NCBI GenBank assembly: GCA_021802125.1
Contig: JAKAAX010000006.1
Coordinates: 7,633-71,632, forward strand
Length of the DNA stretch: 64,000 bases
Reading direction: 5' to 3'
Source of the DNA: Thermoplasmata archaeon
Lineage (GTDB): Archaea; Thermoplasmatota; Thermoplasmata; Lutacidiplasmatales; UBA184
Shown: positions 60,687-64,000 of the stretch, piece by piece
How positions within the stretch are numbered: the stretch's first letter is position 1
Layout: every line of letters starts with the position of its first letter
The notes under the pieces: model-generated
What the model was told of the DNA's origin: nothing
The model's database searches: none
Seen by the model: the letters and a program-made list of their open reading frames with translations, nothing else
Position numbers and translations under genes: made by a program

Positions 60687-63600
60687 GTGAAGGGGGGACC
60701 TACCCGACCCCGGCGCGCGACCGTTCCCGAACGAACGTCTCTCGGCTCCAGGCTCCGCAGGGGCCCCCTCGTAGCGGGGGTCTTCTTCGCGGCCCTGATG
60801 GCCCTTCCCGCGCTGTTCGTCGGGATCGGGGCGTACGGTCCGGCGCATGCGCTTCCGAACGCCAGCGCAGAGGTGAGTGCCGGACCGGTCCAGGCGCCCT
60901 CCCACGCGAACCCTCGCATGATGCTCCCTCCCACCTTCGATCCCGGGTCTAGTTCACCCCTTGTCCCCGCGCCCCAGGTGAGCCCCACCGTGGGGATCAA
61001 CTACCAGGCCACGTGGGACCCGTCAGCCCAGAACGAGCCGGGCATCGCCGTGAATCCGACGAACCCGCTCGACATCATCGTCTCGGGGAACGACTACGAC
61101 ACGGCGGCCACTGGCTCCTCCGGATCCTGGGCGAGCGAGTTCACGTCCCTGAACGGTGGGCAATCGTGGTACTATCGCCCCGCGGCGATGAACAGCACCT
61201 TTGCCGGCGGCCATCCCTGCTTCGGGGGCGACTCCAACGTCTTCTTCGCGCCGGACGGGACCGCCTACTTCGCGGGCCTCGGCTACCCCACCGCCCAGAC
61301 GGCGCGTTGCTCGGGCAGCACCTCCACGAACGGGGGCCTCTTCGTCGCCCATTCCACCGACGGGGGTCTCACGTGGACGTACGTCCGGGTCGAACAGGAC
61401 GTCGGTTCCACTTGGGTGGACAAGGAATGGATGGGGATCGACCCCACCACGGGCACCGTCTCGATCGACGTGATGAACTACAGCTCGACCGCCTACATCG
61501 ACTACTGGTACTCCACGAACCACGGGGCTTCCTGGGTCGGACCCCGGCACGTGAACCCCTCGACCGACCAGAACATGGTCGCAGCCGGGCTCGCGATCGA
61601 CTCCTCCGGCGGAGTGGACGTGGTATGGCAGGGTGGCGCGAGCGGGAACGACATCGAGTTCTCTCGGGCGACGGCCCCCGGGCAGGCCTTCTCCGCCGAA
61701 GCGAACCTGGGCACGATCACCTGCGCCCCCACGGGGAGCTCCGGGTTCCCCGCCATCGGCGGTGTCGCCCGCATGAACTGCTTCCCCCAGATCTTTGGCG
61801 ACACCTGGGCGGGGAGCCCGTACCGGGGGAACCTCTACATCGTGTACACCGAGAACGTGAGCTCCCTGCAGATCAAGCTCCTGCGGTCGACGAACCTCGG
61901 GACCTCCTGGAGCTCGGCCATCGCGGTCAACAACGACCCCAGCGACGGGGCGGACCACTGGTGGCCTCAGTTGGCGGTGGGGACCAACGGGACGGTCTTC
62001 GTGGAGTTCCTGGACCGTCGGTACGTTCCCGGGAACTTCTACGTCGATACGACCGTCGCGGTCTCCACCGACGGGGGCCTGTCGTTCCCTCTGAACGTCC
62101 GGGTCTCTTCCGTGAGCGGGAACCCCACGGTGTGGTCGGCGTTCATGGGGGACTACGAGAACACCTTCTGGAGCCCCGCGGGCGACTTCTCGGTCTGGAC
62201 GGACTTCCGGAACGGGCTCCCGGGGAACCTGAACGAGAACCTGTACGTGGGCCAGCTCTCCTGGCTGAACCTCTCCTCGAACGTGGCGGGGGTCCCCGCC
62301 ATGGTCGACGGGAGCTCCCTCTCGCTCCCCACGACCGAGTACTGGACCCGGGGGACCGTCCACAACATCTCCGTCCCCACGAGCTTGGTCAGTGGAGGGG
62401 TGACCTACACGTTCTCCCATTGGCAGGGCATGTTCTCCTCCACCTCGAGCTCGCTGACGAACGTCGCGATGAACGACAGCTCTCCGCAGCTGGCCATCTA
62501 CAACGTGGCCGGCGCTCTCCCGCTCTCCGTCACCGTCTCGACCGTCCCGTCCGCGACCGCGACCTCGGGCTCGGCCGTCGCCGTCATGGCGGCCGTCACC
62601 TCGGGCGGCTCGCCCGTCGCGGGGGCGACGGTCACCTTCTCGGACACCCTCTCCGACACGTTCGCTCCCAACTCCGTCACCACGGGGACCAACGGCAACG
62701 CCTGGACCAACTTCACCGCTCCCACGGTCCTCTCTGCGACCGCGGACACCGTGACCGCCGCGGCCACCGCCAGCGGGTACTCCCCCGGATCCGGGACCGG
62801 GGCCATCACCATCGACCCGACCCCCCTCGTGGTCGTGCTGACGACGACGCCCTCGGGCAACGTGGTCGGGGGAGTCGTGGTCTTCGCCGAGGCCCGGGTG
62901 TCCCTCTCCGGCGGAGCTCCGGTGGCGGGGGCGACCGTGGCCCTTTCGGATTCGGCGGGCAGCACGTTCTCCCCGGCCACCTCTGCGAGCGACTCGGCGG
63001 GGTACGTCTACTCGAACTTCACGACCCCTGCGGTCGCTTCCCCCACCACCGACACGATCGATGCGGCGGCGACCGCACCCGGGCATCCCGGAGGTAACGG
63101 CACCGCGACGATCGCCCTCCAACCGGTACCGAACCTCACCGTCGCCCTTGTGCCGGTGCCTTCGAGCGGGACGCCCGGTACGAAGGTCGTTCTCCGTGCC
63201 ACGGTCTCGGACACCTCCGGTCCCTACGCGGGAGCGAAGGTGACCTTCGCGGACCAGCGGGGCGACCCCTTCTCCCCCGCCTCGGGGACGAGCAGCAGCG
63301 GGGGCACTGTCTGGAGCAACCTCACGCTCCCCACGACGCCCTTCCCGCTCACCCTCGTCGTCTGGGCGAACGCGACAGCGACCCTCGCGCGGCCCGGGGG
63401 CACGAGCACCACCGTCACGGACGAGCCGGTGCTCACCGGGTCCATCGTCGTCCCCGCCAGTCCTGTCACGGCGGGACTTCCCGCCGCGCTGAGCATCTCG
63501 GTCGCCTCCGCGGGGACCGCGATCGGTGGAGCCTCGCTCGTCTACTCCGATGTCCTCGGAGGGGTCTTTGCTCCCAGCGTCGGAACGAGCGCTCTGGGGA

Positions 63601-64000
63601 CGGGCATGGCCTACACGAACGTCACGGTCGCGAGCGTGAGCGCTCCTTCCGCCGACACGATCACCATCGCGGTCTCGGACGGGGGGTACGTCTCGGCCAC
63701 CCTCACCGCGACCCTCGAGGTCGACCCGGCGCCGCCGCTGGCCCTCAACCTCTCCACGACCTCCTACCAGGCCACGGCGGGCTCCACCGTTCCGGTCCGC
63801 GTCACGCTCCAGAGCACGGGAGCTCCGGTCGCGGGGGCGTCCGAGTCGTTCAGGACCTCCGCGGGGTCGCTCGATATCGTGTCGGCGACCACTCCGACCA
63901 ACGGGACCGTGGAACTCCTCCTGGTCGCACCCTCCCCGACGGCCGCGACCTCGGTCACCGTGACGGCGAGCGCCTCCGAGCCAGGCTACACGGCGGGGAC
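60687..64000 (+). CDS. giant secreted protein, 5' part only (runs off the right edge): signal peptide, BNR/Asp-box sialidase-like beta-propeller, then an array of Big_1-like Ig domains
   Basis: Absent from the track because the frame is open at the edge. My translation from GTG 60687 gives VKGGPTRPRRATVPERTSLGSRLRRGPLVAGVFFAALMALPALFVGIGAYGPAHA.... Asp-box motifs are HSTDGGLTW, YSTNHGASW, RSTNLGTSW and VSTDGGLSF. The repeats have the form GSPVAGATVTFSD...TTGTNGNAWTNFTAP. I met no in-frame stop up to 64000. Confidence 0.75.
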   Translation, partial: MKGGPTRPRRATVPERTSLGSRLRRGPLVAGVFFAALMALPALFVGIGAYGPAHALPNASAEVSAGPVQAPSHANPRMMLPPTFDPGSSSPLVPAPQVSPTVGINYQATWDPSAQNEPGIAVNPTNPLDIIVSGNDYDTAATGSSGSWASEFTSLNGGQSWYYRPAAMNSTFAGGHPCFGGDSNVFFAPDGTAYFAGLGYPTAQTARCSGSTSTNGGLFVAHSTDGGLTWTYVRVEQDVGSTWVDKEWMGIDPTTGTVSIDVMNYSSTAYIDYWYSTNHGASWVGPRHVNPSTDQNMVAAGLAIDSSGGVDVVWQGGASGNDIEFSRATAPGQAFSAEANLGTITCAPTGSSGFPAIGGVARMNCFPQIFGDTWAGSPYRGNLYIVYTENVSSLQIKLLRSTNLGTSWSSAIAVNNDPSDGADHWWPQLAVGTNGTVFVEFLDRRYVPGNFYVDTTVAVSTDGGLSFPLNVRVSSVSGNPTVWSAFMGDYENTFWSPAGDFSVWTDFRNGLPGNLNENLYVGQLSWLNLSSNVAGVPAMVDGSSLSLPTTEYWTRGTVHNISVPTSLVSGGVTYTFSHWQGMFSSTSSSLTNVAMNDSSPQLAIYNVAGALPLSVTVSTVPSATATSGSAVAVMAAVTSGGSPVAGATVTFSDTLSDTFAPNSVTTGTNGNAWTNFTAPTVLSATADTVTAAATASGYSPGSGTGAITIDPTPLVVVLTTTPSGNVVGGVVVFAEARVSLSGGAPVAGATVALSDSAGSTFSPATSASDSAGYVYSNFTTPAVASPTTDTIDAAATAPGHPGGNGTATIALQPVPNLTVALVPVPSSGTPGTKVVLRATVSDTSGPYAGAKVTFADQRGDPFSPASGTSSSGGTVWSNLTLPTTPFPLTLVVWANATATLARPGGTSTTVTDEPVLTGSIVVPASPVTAGLPAALSISVASAGTAIGGASLVYSDVLGGVFAPSVGTSALGTGMAYTNVTVASVSAPSADTITIAVSDGGYVSATLTATLEVDPAPPLALNLSTTSYQATAGSTVPVRVTLQSTGAPVAGASESFRTSAGSLDIVSATTPTNGTVELLLVAPSPTAATSVTVTASASEPGYTAG
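62518..64000 (+). repeat. tandem repeats of about 95 codons encoding Big_1 (invasin/intimin-type) Ig-like domains, at least 5 units
   Basis: The recurring pattern is (S/G)G(S/A)PVAGA(T/S)V.F.D...F.P......(S/T).G......(N/T)(F/L/V)T.P. The units start near 62518, 62830, 63130, 63430 and 63740. Confidence 0.65.

Noticed and set aside
60576-60687. Giant genes 2 and 3 are in the same reading frame with no further stop in the 108-nt spacer, suggesting stop-codon read-through or one fused gene.
   Set aside because: The spacer contains a TATA-like box and a T5 tract. Gene 3 begins with its own signal peptide right after GTG 60687, so independent genes are the simpler reading.
909-63122. Many very long ORFs in the track translate to Arg/Gly/Pro/Asp-rich strings. 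Examples are 909..2078 (-), 1810..3141 (-), 5569..7323 (-), 9000..11264 upstream half, 12779..15502 upstream part, 15718..17385 (+), 21969..23915 (+), 43627..45051 (-), 43740..45839 (+), 51271..53751 (-), 53184..55523 (+), 57807..59561 (-), 61013..63097 (+) and 61023..63122 (-).
   Set aside because: They overlap frames with clear family motifs (IleRS, PPase, MoxR, Kelch/BNR proteins and others). They show the composition typical of out-of-frame or antisense reading of high-GC genes and carry no recognisable motifs. They are high-GC shadow ORFs.
55660-64000. Periodic repeats that might be mistaken for CRISPR or satellite arrays.
   Set aside because: The periods are about 270-290 nt and the units are diverged and in frame. 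They encode Ig-like domains, with no short identical direct repeats or spacers.
1-64000. Mobile elements, integrases, toxin-antitoxin or defence islands, rRNA/tRNA genes.
   Set aside because: I found no transposase or integrase motifs, terminal inverted repeats, or tRNA or rRNA signatures while reading both strands. The absence is by inspection only, not by a search tool.

Overview
The window is a very GC-rich, gene-dense chromosomal segment (G+C judged by eye, not computed) that is clearly archaeal. Archaeal markers are ribosomal protein L40e, archease, a KEOPS Pcc1-like protein, digeranylgeranylglycerophospholipid reductase with its ferredoxin, an aconitase-X-type (DUF521) dehydratase, a type-A-like RNase P RNA and a C/D box sRNA. 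The gene content would fit an uncultured high-GC euryarchaeon, possibly Thermoplasmata-like, but lineage cannot be determined from the sequence alone. I support about 58 protein genes and three RNA elements that the ORF track cannot show: RNase P RNA, a C/D box sRNA and a fluoride riboswitch. There are also AT-rich TATA islands that mark mostly leaderless or short-leader promoters. Genes are packed into operons with many 4-nt ATGA/GTGA start-stop overlaps. No rRNA, tRNA, CRISPR array, transposase or integrase was seen. Many long Arg/Gly/Pro-rich ORFs in the track are high-GC shadow frames. The most interesting content is: (1) A roughly 14-kb locus (50.2 kb to the right edge) encodes a tandem Lrp-like regulator plus three giant secreted, membrane-anchored proteins built from Kelch propellers, a BNR/sialidase-like propeller, a Cys-containing He_PIG/PKD-like repeat and Big_1-like arrays. 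(2) An operon resembling an actinobacterial arrangement encodes an AGPS-like flavoprotein, GlpD and a DAG-kinase-family lipid kinase. (3) A CsoR/RcnR-family repressor lacks two of the three canonical metal ligands, sits with a CDF exporter, and has two matching C-tract/G-tract palindromes around its TATA box. (4) Two paralogous ABC-2 exporter operons are present, one fused to flavin reductase and thioredoxin reductase. (5) A DUF4129/MoxR/DUF58 module is translationally chained to a GNAT and N-succinylamino-acid-racemase-like pair.
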